A stretch of 32,022 nt of DNA from Acidimicrobiales bacterium (GTDB lineage: Bacteria > Actinomycetota > Acidimicrobiia > Acidimicrobiales > VFJN01), in NCBI GenBank assembly GCA_036781345.1, contig DAIQBC010000001.1, positions 1,121 through 33,142 of the forward strand, written 5' to 3'. The translations under genes and the position numbers were made by a program. The notes below the pieces were generated by a model. It was given only the letters and a program-made list of their open reading frames with translations, had not been told where the DNA came from and did no database searches. Shown here in pieces: positions 7,907-17,688 of this stretch. Position 1 is the first letter of the stretch, and every line of letters begins with the position of its first letter.

Positions 7907-8796
7907 GGTCGAGCTCCGTTCATGACGAGCGAGGGAGGCCTCGCGCTCAGGGAGCTGAGGTCCGCCGTGAAGACGGCGGCATCAGCGGTGATGTAGAGGA
8001 CGGCGGGCTCGGAGCGGCCGAAGGCGAAGTTGACGGCCCCAGGCAGGCGGATCTCGCCGATGAGCTCGCCGTCCGGGGAGAAGATCTGCACGCCGCTGCC
8101 AGCCGAGGCGAACACATGGCCCGCTGCGTCGACCTTGAGGCCATCAGGGAAGCCGGGGTGGGTCACCGCCAGCAGGCGGCGGTTGCGGAGGTGGGCGCCC
8201 ACGACGTCGAACGCCTCGATGTGGTGAGGGCGAGCCGGCTCGAACGAGCCGGGCTCGTGGTTGGCCCCGCTGTCGGTCACGTAGAGAACCGCGCCATCGG
8301 GCGACAGGGCGATGCCGTTCGGCTTGTCGAACCCGTCGGCGACGACCTCATGCCGACCCTCGACGGGGTCGAACCGGTGCACGAAGTCGCCGAGCGACGG
8401 CCGGGGCCGGAAGCCCTGGAGGAAGCCGTAGCTCGGGTCGGTGAACCAGATGACCCCGTCCGGGCCGACGGCGATGTCGTTGGGCGAGCTCAACGGCAGG
8501 CCGCGGAGGTCCTCGACGACGACGTCGAGCGCACCGGTTCGCGGATCGACGCGGCTGATGCGGGCCGGGTGCTCGAGGTCGCCCTGCTCGCACACGAGGA
8601 GCCAGCCGTCCCCGTCGAGGTGCATGCCGTTGGGCCGCACGACCGCGGCGTCCAACGTGCTGACCTCGAGCGTGCCCAGGTCGATGCGTCGGATCCCCGC
8701 CTCGACCGTCACGTAGAGGGCGTTCTCATCGGCGACGTGCACCGGACCCTCGTGGGCATCGGTGGCGACGAGCAGCTCGGCGGAGAGGACCTGCAT
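7903..8796 (-). CDS. SMP-30/gluconolactonase/LRE family protein
   Basis: 297 aa with SSPNDIAVGPDGVIWFTDPSYGF and KPNGIALSPDGAVLYVTDSG propeller motifs. Confidence 0.85.
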   Translation of the reverse strand: MQVLSAELLVATDAHEGPVHVADENALYVTVEAGIRRIDLGTLEVSTLDAAVVRPNGMHLDGDGWLLVCEQGDLEHPARISRVDPRTGALDVVVEDLRGLPLSSPNDIAVGPDGVIWFTDPSYGFLQGFRPRPSLGDFVHRFDPVEGRHEVVADGFDKPNGIALSPDGAVLYVTDSGANHEPGSFEPARPHHIEAFDVVGAHLRNRRLLAVTHPGFPDGLKVDAAGHVFASAGSGVQIFSPDGELIGEIRLPGAVNFAFGRSEPAVLYITADAAVFTADLSSLSARPPSLVMNGARP

Positions 8797-8826
8797 CGGC
8801 GGCTCCGTCCCGCGACGGTCCGGGGT

Positions 8827-8851
8827 GTTACACGCAGATCTCGTCTGTAAC
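8827..8851. promoter_or_regulatory. Candidate operator in divergent promoter region: GTTACA-N13-TGTAAC
   Basis: gttacacgcagatctcgtctgtaac has 6-bp inverted arms around an AGATCT centre. It is the most AT-rich patch of the 104-bp gap between the divergent lactonase (8796) and SDR (8901) operons. Confidence 0.3.
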
Positions 8852-8900
8852 GCGGCGTCGGCCCGGGGGACAGCGGAGCACGCACGACGAGGAGGAAGCG

Positions 8901-9728
8901 ATGAAGGGTCTCGAAGGCAAGACGGCGATCGTCACCGGAGGCAGCTCCGGGATCGGCCAGGCGATCGCCATACGCCTGGGTCACGAAGGCGTCAACGTCG
9001 CCGTCAACTACGTCGGGCCGCTGGAGGGAGCGCAGGCGACCAAGGACGCCATCGACTCGAGCGTGCGCGCGTGCATCGACGAGGTCAACGCCTGCAGCGC
9101 TCCCAGCCGCGCCACGCTCGTCGAGGCCGACGTCTCCGACGAGTCGGCCGTGGAGCGCATGTTCAAGGAGGTGCGATCCGAGCTTGGCCGGGTCGACTTC
9201 CTCGTGAACAACGCCGGCATCCAGATCGCGCAGGACTCCGACATGCTCGATCCCAGCGCCTTCGATCGGGTGCTGTCGGTCAACTTGCGGGGTGCGTTCC
9301 TGTGCGCCCGCGAGCAGATCCGCCAGCTCCTCGACGACGACCGGCCCGGCTCGATCGTCAACATCTCCTCGGTCCACCAGGTGATCCCGAAGCCGAAGTT
9401 CCTCGGCTACTCCGTGAGCAAAGGCGGCATGCAGAACCTGACGCGCACCCTCGCCCTCGAGTTCGCGTCCCGAGGTGTCCGGGTCAACGCCATCGGCCCG
9501 GGGGCGACCGTCACGCCGATCAACCGGAGCTGGATCGACGATCCCGAGAAGTCGGCCCAGGTCACCAGCCACATCCCGATGGGCCGACCGGGCCTGGCCG
9601 AGGAGATGGCCGGCGTGACGGCGTTCCTCCTCTCGGAGGAGGCAAGCTACGTCACCGGACAGACGCTGTTCGTCGACGGTGGGCTCACGCTCTACGCCGA
9701 CTTCCGGGGCACGTGGAGCTCCGAGTGA
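8901..9728 (+). CDS. Short-chain dehydrogenase/reductase (glucose 1-dehydrogenase-like)
   Basis: TGGSSGIGQA cofactor motif, NNAG and the YSVSK catalytic Y-x3-K. Strong RBS GAGGAGGAAG. Confidence 0.9.
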   Translation: MKGLEGKTAIVTGGSSGIGQAIAIRLGHEGVNVAVNYVGPLEGAQATKDAIDSSVRACIDEVNACSAPSRATLVEADVSDESAVERMFKEVRSELGRVDFLVNNAGIQIAQDSDMLDPSAFDRVLSVNLRGAFLCAREQIRQLLDDDRPGSIVNISSVHQVIPKPKFLGYSVSKGGMQNLTRTLALEFASRGVRVNAIGPGATVTPINRSWIDDPEKSAQVTSHIPMGRPGLAEEMAGVTAFLLSEEASYVTGQTLFVDGGLTLYADFRGTWSSE

Positions 9729-10528
9729 GCGGTGCGGTCCTGCGGGGTGTGACCCTGGTGCAGGAGGGCCGGGTGTTCGATCTCGCCCACGTCCTGGACG
9801 AGCACATCCCGGCCTTTCCGGGCCGAACCTTCCGTCAGCTGCTCACCACCAGCCCGGCCCGATCGGTCGGCAAGAACAAGGTCAACTGGATCGTCGAGTA
9901 CGTGAACGCCCCGTCCCAGATGGGCACCCACATGGACGGCCTCAACCATCTCCTGCGCGACGGGCGGATGTACGGCGGCCACCACGTCGACGAGGTCGTC
10001 GTGGAGTGGGGCACCACCGAGAACGGGATCGAGACCGTCCCGCAGATCGTGACGCGGGGCGTCCTGCTCGACATCGCGGCGGTACGGGGCGTCGACCACC
10101 TCGATGCCGGCGACGTGATCACCCCCGATGACGCCGACACCGCACTGGCCGCCGCCGGCCTGATCGTGGAGCCCGGCGACGCCGTCCTGTTCCACACCGG
10201 CTGGGGGCGGCAGTGGGGATCTGACGGGGACGCCTACGTCGCCGGCGAGCCAGGCCCGGGCGTCGCGATGATCGGGTGGCTCGTCGAGCGGGGCGTCGTG
10301 CTCACCGGTTGCGACACCTGGAGCTACGGACCCGTGCCGGCGGAGGAGCCCGACGAGCCCTTCGTGGTTCCGCAGACGCTCAACGTCGACCACGGCGTCC
10401 TCGTGCTCGAGAACCTCCGGCTGGAGGAGCTCGCCGCCGCAGCAGCGCCGGAGTTCCTCTTCGTCGTATCCCACCCGAAGCTGCGCGGCGCCACCGGCGC
10501 GTGGGTCGCGCCCCTCGCCATCGTCTGA
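9725..10528 (+). CDS. Putative cyclase / kynurenine-formamidase-like family protein
   Basis: GTG at 9725 overlaps the SDR stop (GTGA). Metal-site-like QMGTHMDGLNHL (HxGTHxDxxxH type), LFHTGWG and GCDTWSYGP. Confidence 0.75.
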   Translation: MSGAVLRGVTLVQEGRVFDLAHVLDEHIPAFPGRTFRQLLTTSPARSVGKNKVNWIVEYVNAPSQMGTHMDGLNHLLRDGRMYGGHHVDEVVVEWGTTENGIETVPQIVTRGVLLDIAAVRGVDHLDAGDVITPDDADTALAAAGLIVEPGDAVLFHTGWGRQWGSDGDAYVAGEPGPGVAMIGWLVERGVVLTGCDTWSYGPVPAEEPDEPFVVPQTLNVDHGVLVLENLRLEELAAAAAPEFLFVVSHPKLRGATGAWVAPLAIV

Positions 10529-10540
10529 GAGGAACGCGCC

Positions 10541-12073
10541 ATGGCAGAGCACTACGACGTCATCGTCATCGGATCCGGAGCCGGGGGCGGCACGCTCACC
10601 CATGCGCTCGCGCCCACCGGGAAGCGGATCCTGCTGCTCGAACGGGGCCGCTGGTACCCGCGGGAGCGTGACAACTGGGACTCCAAGGTGGTGTGGGGCG
10701 ACCTCAAGTACCGCAACGCCGGGATGTGGACCGATCAGGACGGTCGGAGCTTCAACCCGAAGCAGCACTACTACGTAGGCGGCAACACCAAGGTGTACGG
10801 GGCCGTGCTCTTCCGCTTCCGGGAGCGCGACTTCGGCCCCGTCCAGCACGTCGACGGTGTGTCGCCCGCCTGGCCGCTCGACTACCGCGACTTCGAGCCG
10901 TGGTACACGAGAGCCGAGCAGCTCTACTCCGTGCACGGCGAGCGAGGGGCCGATCCGCTCGACCCGCCGGCCTCGGCCCCCTACCCGTGGCCGGCGGTCA
11001 GCCACGAGCCCCGCATCGAGGAGCTCGCGCACGACCTCAAGGGCGCCGGGCTGCACCCGTTCTCCTTGCCGCTCGGGATCATGCTCGACGAGGCCAACCC
11101 TGATCGCAGCCCGTGCATCCGGTGCGCGACCTGCGACGGCTTCGCCTGCCTCGTTCGAGCCAAGGCCGACGCGCAGGTCGTGTGCGTCGAACCGGCGCTC
11201 GAGCACCCGAACGTCTCGATGCTCACCGGCGCGCGCGTGACCCGGCTCGTCACCGCCGAGGGCGGCCGCCGGGTGCGCTCGGTGATCGTCGAGCGAGATG
11301 GTCAGCTCGAGGAGCACACCGCCGATGTCGTCGTGGTGGCAGCCGGTGCGATCAACTCGGCCGCCCTGCTGCTCGCCGCCGCCGACGAGCACCACCCGAA
11401 CGGCCTCGGGAACCGATCGGGGATGGTGGGGCGAAACCTGATGCTGCACAACAACAGCTCGCTGATCGCCATCTCCAGGACCCCGAACCCGACCATCTTC
11501 GAGAAGACCCTCGGGATCAACGACTTCTACTACGGGGACGGTGAGTGGGACTTCCCGTTGGGCGCCATGCAGATGCTGGGCCGCAGCGACGCCTTCACGA
11601 TGTCGCTCGATGCCCCCGATGCAGAGGATCCCGCCGATCTGGCCGCCCACTCGCTCGAGTTCTGGCTCACCACGGAGGACCTGCCCGTCGCCGACAACCG
11701 GGTGGAGCTGTCCGCGGACGGCGGCATCAAGCTCACCTACACGCCCACCAACCTGGAGGCCCACCACCGGCTCAATGCGCGGTTCCGCTCGCTGCTCGAC
11801 ACGATGCGCTGCCGGAGCGAGGTGTTCGGCAAGCACAGCTACCTCGGCGGTCGGCTCGGGATCTCGGGCGTCGCCCATCAGAACGGGACGATCCGCTTCG
11901 GCACTGATCCCGCCACCTCTGCCCTCGACCTGTCCTGCCGGCTGCACGACGTCGACAACGTGTACGTCACCGACTCGAGCTTCTTCGTGTCGAGCTCGGC
12001 CGTGAACCCGACCCTCACGATCATCGCCAACGCGCTGCGAGTCGCCGATCACCTCGCCGGTCGGCTGGCCTGA
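10541..12073 (+). CDS. GMC-family FAD-dependent oxidoreductase
   Basis: N-terminal DVIVIGSGAGGGTL FAD fold, 510 aa, with a C-terminal GMC-type region (HQNGTIRFG, NPTLTIIANALR). Confidence 0.85.
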   Translation: MAEHYDVIVIGSGAGGGTLTHALAPTGKRILLLERGRWYPRERDNWDSKVVWGDLKYRNAGMWTDQDGRSFNPKQHYYVGGNTKVYGAVLFRFRERDFGPVQHVDGVSPAWPLDYRDFEPWYTRAEQLYSVHGERGADPLDPPASAPYPWPAVSHEPRIEELAHDLKGAGLHPFSLPLGIMLDEANPDRSPCIRCATCDGFACLVRAKADAQVVCVEPALEHPNVSMLTGARVTRLVTAEGGRRVRSVIVERDGQLEEHTADVVVVAAGAINSAALLLAAADEHHPNGLGNRSGMVGRNLMLHNNSSLIAISRTPNPTIFEKTLGINDFYYGDGEWDFPLGAMQMLGRSDAFTMSLDAPDAEDPADLAAHSLEFWLTTEDLPVADNRVELSADGGIKLTYTPTNLEAHHRLNARFRSLLDTMRCRSEVFGKHSYLGGRLGISGVAHQNGTIRFGTDPATSALDLSCRLHDVDNVYVTDSSFFVSSSAVNPTLTIIANALRVADHLAGRLA

Positions 12074-12094
12074 CGGGAGGTAGGGTCCGGGTGC

Positions 12095-12763
12095 GTGGAC
12101 CGTGACGGAACGATCTCCTCCGAGGCAGGTGCGAGCGACGACGACGCCCTGGTCCTCGCGCTGCGGGCGGGGGACGCGCGGGCCTTCGAGATGCTGATCG
12201 ACCGCTACTACGGCACGATGCTGCGGGTGGCCCGGATGCATGTCAGCACCACGGAGGCGGCCGAGGATGTGGTTCAGGAGACGTTCCTGGGCGTCATCCA
12301 GGGGATCGACCGATTCGAGGGGCGCTCGTCGCTGCGCACCTGGATGTTCCGCATCCTGGTCAACCGAGCCAAGACGCGTGGTGAGCGGGAAGGCCGGAGT
12401 CGCCCGTTCTCCTCCCTCGAGGCAGACCTGGAGACGGGCCAGCCATCGGTCGACCCGGACCGGTTCGAACCGGACGGGCGCTGGGCGGGCTTCTGGGCCG
12501 CGCCGCCCGCCGCGACCCACCTGCCCGAGGCCCGGGTGCTCGCCGCCGAGGCCGGGGATCGTGTCGCGGCCGCATTCGAGTCGCTCCCCGACACCCAGCG
12601 CACGGTGATCGTGCTCAGAGATGTGGAGGGCCTCTCAGCCTTGGAGGTGTGCGATCTCCTCGGTCTCTCGGAAGGCAACCAGCGCGTCCTGCTGCACCGC
12701 GCGCGCACCAAGGTGCGGGCCACGCTGGAGCAGTACCTGGACGACCGGGTGGAGGTGAGCTGA
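12095..12763 (+). CDS. ECF-type RNA polymerase sigma factor
   Basis: Region 2 DVVQETFLGVIQGIDRFEGRSSLRTWMFRILVNRA and region 4 HTH LSALEVCDLLGLSEGNQRVLLHRAR. GTG start. Confidence 0.85.
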   Translation: MDRDGTISSEAGASDDDALVLALRAGDARAFEMLIDRYYGTMLRVARMHVSTTEAAEDVVQETFLGVIQGIDRFEGRSSLRTWMFRILVNRAKTRGEREGRSRPFSSLEADLETGQPSVDPDRFEPDGRWAGFWAAPPAATHLPEARVLAAEAGDRVAAAFESLPDTQRTVIVLRDVEGLSALEVCDLLGLSEGNQRVLLHRARTKVRATLEQYLDDRVEVS

Positions 12764-13020
12764 TGCTCCAGCCCGCGATCCGTTGCGTGGAGTTCGTCGA
12801 GTCGGTGACCGACTGGATGGAGGGCGCGCTCGTCGACGAGGAGCGCCTCGCCTTGGAGGAGCACCTCGCCATCTGTCCGCACTGCACCGAGTACGTCGAC
12901 CAGCTCATGCTGGCGCGAGCCGTGCTCCGCGCAGCCGGTGGCCAGCTACCCCAGGAGTCACCGCCGCCGCGAGCCCGCGCCACGCTGCTCGAGGCATTCC
13001 GCCGCGAGCGAGGCAGCTGA
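12763..13020 (+). CDS. Zinc-finger (ZAS-type) anti-sigma factor
   Basis: ATG overlaps the sigma-factor TGA by 1 nt (TGATG). HLAICPHCTEY matches the HxxxCxxC ZAS motif. 85 aa. Confidence 0.75.
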   Translation: MLQPAIRCVEFVESVTDWMEGALVDEERLALEEHLAICPHCTEYVDQLMLARAVLRAAGGQLPQESPPPRARATLLEAFRRERGS

Positions 13021-13027
13021 GCAGAGC

Positions 13028-13651
13028 TCAGCCGAGGGCGAGCCGGTCCGAGAGCCACCTCGACTGGAACGAGCGCTCCGTTGCGTATCCGGCGTCGTAC
13101 GCGGCCTGGTCGCCGAGCGCGCCGGCCGCGAGGTGCCCCGCCGAGCACGCCGCCACGAAGGGAGACTGGGCCGGGTTGCCGTGCAGTGCGAAGTGGGCAG
13201 CATCGGCAGCCAGCCCGCCGGCACCGCCGGCGAAGGTCGCGTCGTCGACCTCCGGCGCCAGGGCCGCGAGGTCGGCGAGGGTCATCACGGCTTCGAACCT
13301 GGCGGCGAGTGCCTCGTCCCCGCCGGCTCGCAGCGCGACCACCGCGCGGTCCCGGGCCCGCCACGCGCCCTCCTCTGCCAGCTCGCGGACGGCTACGGCA
13401 TACCCGTCGATGCGCCGCACCAGACGCCCCCGGGTGGCCACCACCTTGTGGCGGGTGTCGACCACCTCGCCGTCGAGCTCCACCTCCCACAGCGCGGCGG
13501 CGAGCCAGTGCGCCAGGTCGGGTGGCCGGCAGGCGTGCACGCCCTCGTGGCACGGCCGGGCGGCGACCGCCTCCACCCACGTGCCCGGCGACCAGGTCGT
13601 CCCGGTGAACGGAGCTCGTCCGTCGGCGTCGAGGAACTTGAAGGCCCTCAT
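13028..13651 (-). CDS. Hypothetical protein
   Basis: Start set at ATG 13651-13649 (MRAFKFLDADGRAPFTGTTWSPG...). The upstream part of the 419-aa track ORF is antisense to the glucosidase gene. High GC3. No family recognised. Confidence 0.55.
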   Translation of the reverse strand: MRAFKFLDADGRAPFTGTTWSPGTWVEAVAARPCHEGVHACRPPDLAHWLAAALWEVELDGEVVDTRHKVVATRGRLVRRIDGYAVAVRELAEEGAWRARDRAVVALRAGGDEALAARFEAVMTLADLAALAPEVDDATFAGGAGGLAADAAHFALHGNPAQSPFVAACSAGHLAAGALGDQAAYDAGYATERSFQSRWLSDRLALG

Positions 13652-13702
13652 CGCCGTCAGACTAGGCCGTAACGCCGGCATCGCTCGCGAGACGGTGGGG
13701 CC

Positions 13703-16288
13703 ATGGCGACCGTGGAGCAGCAGCGGCTGAAGGATGACCCGCAGGCATGGAAGCGGTGGGGGCCCTACCTCGCCGAGCGAGCCTGGGGCACCGTGCGGGA
13801 GGACTACAGCCAGTCCGGGAGCGCATGGGAGGACCTCCCCCACGATCACGCTCGGTCGCGGTCCTACCGCTGGAACGAGGACGGCCTCGGGGGGATCAGC
13901 GACGACGGCCAGCGCCTGTGCCTGGCGTTTGCCTTCTGGAACGGAGTCGATCCCATCATCAAGGAGCGCATCTTCGGGCTCACCGGCAACGAGGGCAACC
14001 ACGGCGAGGACGCCAAGGAGCACTGGTGGTTCCTCGACTCGACGCCCACGCACTCGTGGATGCGGTGGCGCTACTGGTACCCGCAGCGCGAGTTCCCCTA
14101 CGCCGAGCTGGTCGACGAGAACCGGCGCCGCGGCCGCGACGCGCCCGAGTACGAGCTGCTCGACTCCGGCATCTTCGACGACGACCGCTACTGGGACATC
14201 ACCGCCGACTACGCCAAGGCCACGCCGGACGACCTCTGCCTCCGCTTGTCGATCCGCAACGCGGGCCCCGACACCGCGACCCTCCACGTGCTGCCGACGA
14301 TGTGGTTCCGCAACACCTGGTCATGGGGCAACGACGACCGCAAGCCGATGCTGATGGCCAAGGACGGCGCACTCGTCGCCGACCACCACGACCTCGGTCG
14401 GATGGTCCTCATCGGCGACGGCAGCCCGGCAACCCTCCTGTGCGAGAACGAGACCAACGCCGCCCGGCTCTGGGGCGGCGACGGAACGACACCGTTCCCC
14501 AAGGACGGGATCAACGACCACGTGATCACCGGCGCCCCCTCTGTCAACGTCGATGGCGTCGGCACCAAGGGCGCCCTCTGGTACGTGGTGAGCGTCCCGG
14601 CTGGCGGGACGGCCGAGGTGCGCCTACGTCTCGCTCCCGACGCCGGCGACCTCGGCGACACCCACGCCCGCACCCTCGCCACGCGCCAACGCGAAGCCGA
14701 CGAGCTCTACAGCGAGCTCCTTGCCGGGCTCGACGCCGAGGCCGCGCTGATCGCCCGGCAGGCCCTGGCCGGGCTGATGTGGACCAAGCAGTGGTTCCAC
14801 TACGACGTCGAGCGCTGGCTCAGCGGCGACCCGAGCGGCCCGCCGCCCCCCGATGGTCGCCAAGACGGGCGCAACCACGAGTGGCGTCACCTGAACAACG
14901 CCGACGTCATCACGGTCTGCGACACCTGGGAGTACCCGTGGTACGCGACCTGGGACCTCGCCTTCCAGTGCGTGGCGATCGCGCACCTCGATCCCGGGTT
15001 CGCCAAGGACCAGCTGCTGCTGATGTGCCGCGAGTGGTACATGCACCCCAACGGTCAGCTGCCGGCCTACGAGTGGGCCTTCGGCGACGTGAACCCGCCG
15101 GTGCACGCCTGGGCCGCCCTTCGCGTGTTCGCCATCGACGCGGCCGCCACCGGCACCCACGACCACGTGTTCCTGGAGCGCATCTTCCACAAGCTGCTCC
15201 TGAACTTCACGTGGTGGGTGAACCGCAAGGATGCCTCCGGGGACAACGTGTTCGAGGGCGGCTTCCTCGGGATGGACAACATCTCCCTGATCGACCGGTC
15301 CGCGCCGCTGCCGGTCGAGGGGCGCTTGGAGCAGTCCGACGCGACCGGGTGGATGGCGCTGTTCTGCCTCAACATGCTCGAGATGTCGCTGGTGCTGGCC
15401 GAGCACTCACCGGCCTACGAGGACATGTGCACGAAGTTCCTCGAGCACTTCGCCTACATCGCCACCGCCATCCACGAGCGCGGCCTCTGGGACGACGACG
15501 ACGGCTTCTACTACGACGTGCTGCGGGTGGGCGACGAGCGGATCCCGTTGCGGGTGAGGTCCATGGTCGGCCTGCTGCCGCTGTGTGCGGTGACGACCCT
15601 GGGCGAGCGCACGCTCGAGCGGCTCCCGGACTTCGCCGCCAGGCTTGACTGGTTCGTGCGCCACCGGCCGCAGTTCGCCCGCCACATCGACCATCGTCAT
15701 GTGCGCGGCGGTCACGAGGGCCGGCTGCTGGCGCTGGTCGGGCCCGACCGGCTCGAGCGCATCCTCACGCGGCTGCTCGACCCGCAGGAGCTCCTCTCCC
15801 CGCACGGGGTGCGGTCGCTGTCGGCGGTGCACCGGGACCAGCCGTTCATGATCGAGCTCGGTGGCATGGAGCTGGGGGTGGACTACGCGCCAGCCGAGGG
15901 GACCACCGGGCTCTTCGGGGGAAACTCCAACTGGCGGGGCCCGGTGTGGTTCCCCGTCAACTCGCTGGTGGTCGACGCGCTGCGGGCGTACGGACGGTTC
16001 TTCGGCGACGATCTGATGGTGGAGCACCCGGCGGGCTCCGGCGAGCACCGGTCGTTGACCGACGTGGCCGACGACCTGGCCGAGCGGCTCGTGGGGCTGT
16101 TCCGGGAGGGCCACGACGGTCGCCGTCCGGTGCACGGCCCCTACGAGAAGTTCCACGACGACCCGGCCTGGCACGACGCCATCCCGTTCCACGAGTACTT
16201 CCACGGTGACACCGGCGCCGGGCTGGGGGCCTCCCATCAGACCGGTTGGACGGGGCTCGTGGCCGATCTCCTGCTGCGAAGGGACTGA
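13703..16288 (+). CDS. GH63-like (MGH1-like) glucosidase
   Basis: 861 aa. N-terminal [21 protein letters not shown]...[13 protein letters not shown] and an (alpha/alpha)6-type C-terminal half ([29 protein letters not shown]), typical of bacterial GH63/MGH1-like enzymes. Confidence 0.8.
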   Translation: MATVEQQRLKDDPQAWKRWGPYLAERAWGTVREDYSQSGSAWEDLPHDHARSRSYRWNEDGLGGISDDGQRLCLAFAFWNGVDPIIKERIFGLTGNEGNHGEDAKEHWWFLDSTPTHSWMRWRYWYPQREFPYAELVDENRRRGRDAPEYELLDSGIFDDDRYWDITADYAKATPDDLCLRLSIRNAGPDTATLHVLPTMWFRNTWSWGNDDRKPMLMAKDGALVADHHDLGRMVLIGDGSPATLLCENETNAARLWGGDGTTPFPKDGINDHVITGAPSVNVDGVGTKGALWYVVSVPAGGTAEVRLRLAPDAGDLGDTHARTLATRQREADELYSELLAGLDAEAALIARQALAGLMWTKQWFHYDVERWLSGDPSGPPPPDGRQDGRNHEWRHLNNADVITVCDTWEYPWYATWDLAFQCVAIAHLDPGFAKDQLLLMCREWYMHPNGQLPAYEWAFGDVNPPVHAWAALRVFAIDAAATGTHDHVFLERIFHKLLLNFTWWVNRKDASGDNVFEGGFLGMDNISLIDRSAPLPVEGRLEQSDATGWMALFCLNMLEMSLVLAEHSPAYEDMCTKFLEHFAYIATAIHERGLWDDDDGFYYDVLRVGDERIPLRVRSMVGLLPLCAVTTLGERTLERLPDFAARLDWFVRHRPQFARHIDHRHVRGGHEGRLLALVGPDRLERILTRLLDPQELLSPHGVRSLSAVHRDQPFMIELGGMELGVDYAPAEGTTGLFGGNSNWRGPVWFPVNSLVVDALRAYGRFFGDDLMVEHPAGSGEHRSLTDVADDLAERLVGLFREGHDGRRPVHGPYEKFHDDPAWHDAIPFHEYFHGDTGAGLGASHQTGWTGLVADLLLRRD

Positions 16289-16293
16289 GCCCG

Positions 16294-17688
16294 GTGGATG
16301 TCGAGAGCGTCGACGTGATCGTCATCGGCGCCGGCCCGGCCGGCGAGAACGCAGCCGGCCGCTGCGCCGAGGGCGGCCTGTCCGTCGCCATCGTCGAGCG
16401 CGAGCTCGTCGGTGGCGAGTGCTCCTACTGGGGGTGCATCCCCTCCAAGGTGCTCGTGCGGCCCGGCGACGTGGTGGCGGCCGCCCGCCGAGTGCCCGGA
16501 GCGGTCCCGGCCGTCACCGGCCACGTCGACGCCACTGCCACGTTCGCGCTCCGCGACCGCTTCACCGGCGGATGGGACGACACCGGCTCGCTGCAGTGGC
16601 TCACCGACCGCGGCATCGAGATCGTCCGTGGGACCGGCCGGCTGGTCGGACCGCGTCGCGTAGTCGTGCACGCGGCTGCGGGCCCGCCGCGCGAGCTCAC
16701 CGCGCGGCGGGCGGTCGTGCTCGCCACCGGCACGGCGGCGGCCATGCCGCCGATCCCCGGCCTGGTCGAGGCGCATGCCTGGGACAACCGCGACGTGACG
16801 GCCGCCAAGGACGTGCCGCGCCGGCTGCTCGTGCTGGGAGGCGGGGCCATCGGGCTCGAGATGGCCCAGGCGTTCCGGCGGCTCGGCGCAGAGGAGGTGA
16901 CGGTGGTCGAGGGCGCCCCCCGCCTGCTGGCGCGGGAGGAGCCCTTCGCAGGCGACGAGATCCGTGAGGCCCTGGAGGCCGAGGGCATCACCGTCCACGT
17001 CGGCGCCAGCGTCACCGAGGTTCGCCGGGTCGGCGACGGACCGGTGGTGATGCGTCTGGCCGACGGTGGAGAGCTGGCCGGCGACGAGCTGCTGGTCGCA
17101 GCCGGGCGTCGTCCCAGCACCAGCGATCTCGGTCTCGACGCGGTGGGGATCGAGCCGGGTCGCTTCATCGAGGTCGACGACCGCCTGCGCGCCGTCGGCG
17201 TCGACGGCGGCTGGCTCTACGCGGTGGGCGACTGCAACGGGCGCGCCCTGCTGACCCACATGGGCAAGTACCAGGCCCGGATCGCCGCCGACGTGATCCT
17301 CGGCCACGACGTGGTCGCGACAGCCGACCATGGCATCGTGCCCCGGGTAACCTTCACCGACCCGCAGGTCTGCGCGGTGGGCCTCACCGAGCTCGAGGCT
17401 CGCAACGCCGGCTTCCAGATCCGCGTGGTTCGGCACGCGACCGGCGCGGTCGCCGGGGCGGCGGTGCTCGCCGATGCGTTTCCCGGGACGAGCCAGCTGG
17501 TCGTCGACGAGGCCCGCCGGGTCGTCGTCGGGGCCACGTTCGTGGGGCCGGGCGTGCAGGAGCTGCTGCACTCGGCCACGATCGCCATCGCGGGTGAGGT
17601 CCCGCTCGACCGGCTCTGGCACGCTGTCCCGTCCTTCCCCACCGTGAGCGAGGTGTGGCTCCGGCTGCTCGAGGGGTATGGGCTGTGA
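16294..17688 (+). CDS. Class I pyridine nucleotide-disulfide oxidoreductase (flavoprotein disulfide reductase)
   Basis: GTG at 16294 gives VDVIVIGAGPAG. Redox-active GGECSYWGCIPSK (CxxxxC). C-terminal HAVPSFPTVSE (His-Glu dyad-like). Confidence 0.85.
   Translation: MDVESVDVIVIGAGPAGENAAGRCAEGGLSVAIVERELVGGECSYWGCIPSKVLVRPGDVVAAARRVPGAVPAVTGHVDATATFALRDRFTGGWDDTGSLQWLTDRGIEIVRGTGRLVGPRRVVVHAAAGPPRELTARRAVVLATGTAAAMPPIPGLVEAHAWDNRDVTAAKDVPRRLLVLGGGAIGLEMAQAFRRLGAEEVTVVEGAPRLLAREEPFAGDEIREALEAEGITVHVGASVTEVRRVGDGPVVMRLADGGELAGDELLVAAGRRPSTSDLGLDAVGIEPGRFIEVDDRLRAVGVDGGWLYAVGDCNGRALLTHMGKYQARIAADVILGHDVVATADHGIVPRVTFTDPQVCAVGLTELEARNAGFQIRVVRHATGAVAGAAVLADAFPGTSQLVVDEARRVVVGATFVGPGVQELLHSATIAIAGEVPLDRLWHAVPSFPTVSEVWLRLLEGYGL

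Noticed and set aside
9692-12520. 942-aa minus-strand ORF spanning the cyclase, GMC oxidoreductase and sigma-factor genes
   Set aside because: It is antisense to three plus-strand genes with clear family motifs. The composition is Arg/Gly/Pro/Ala-rich, typical of shadow ORFs in 70% GC DNA, and no motifs were recognised.
12763-13020. Sigma/anti-sigma 1-nt overlap and the other ATGA/GTGA overlaps as something unusual
   Set aside because: Start-stop overlaps of 1 or 4 nt are routine translational coupling in high-GC actinobacterial operons. I noted them only as support for start-codon choices.
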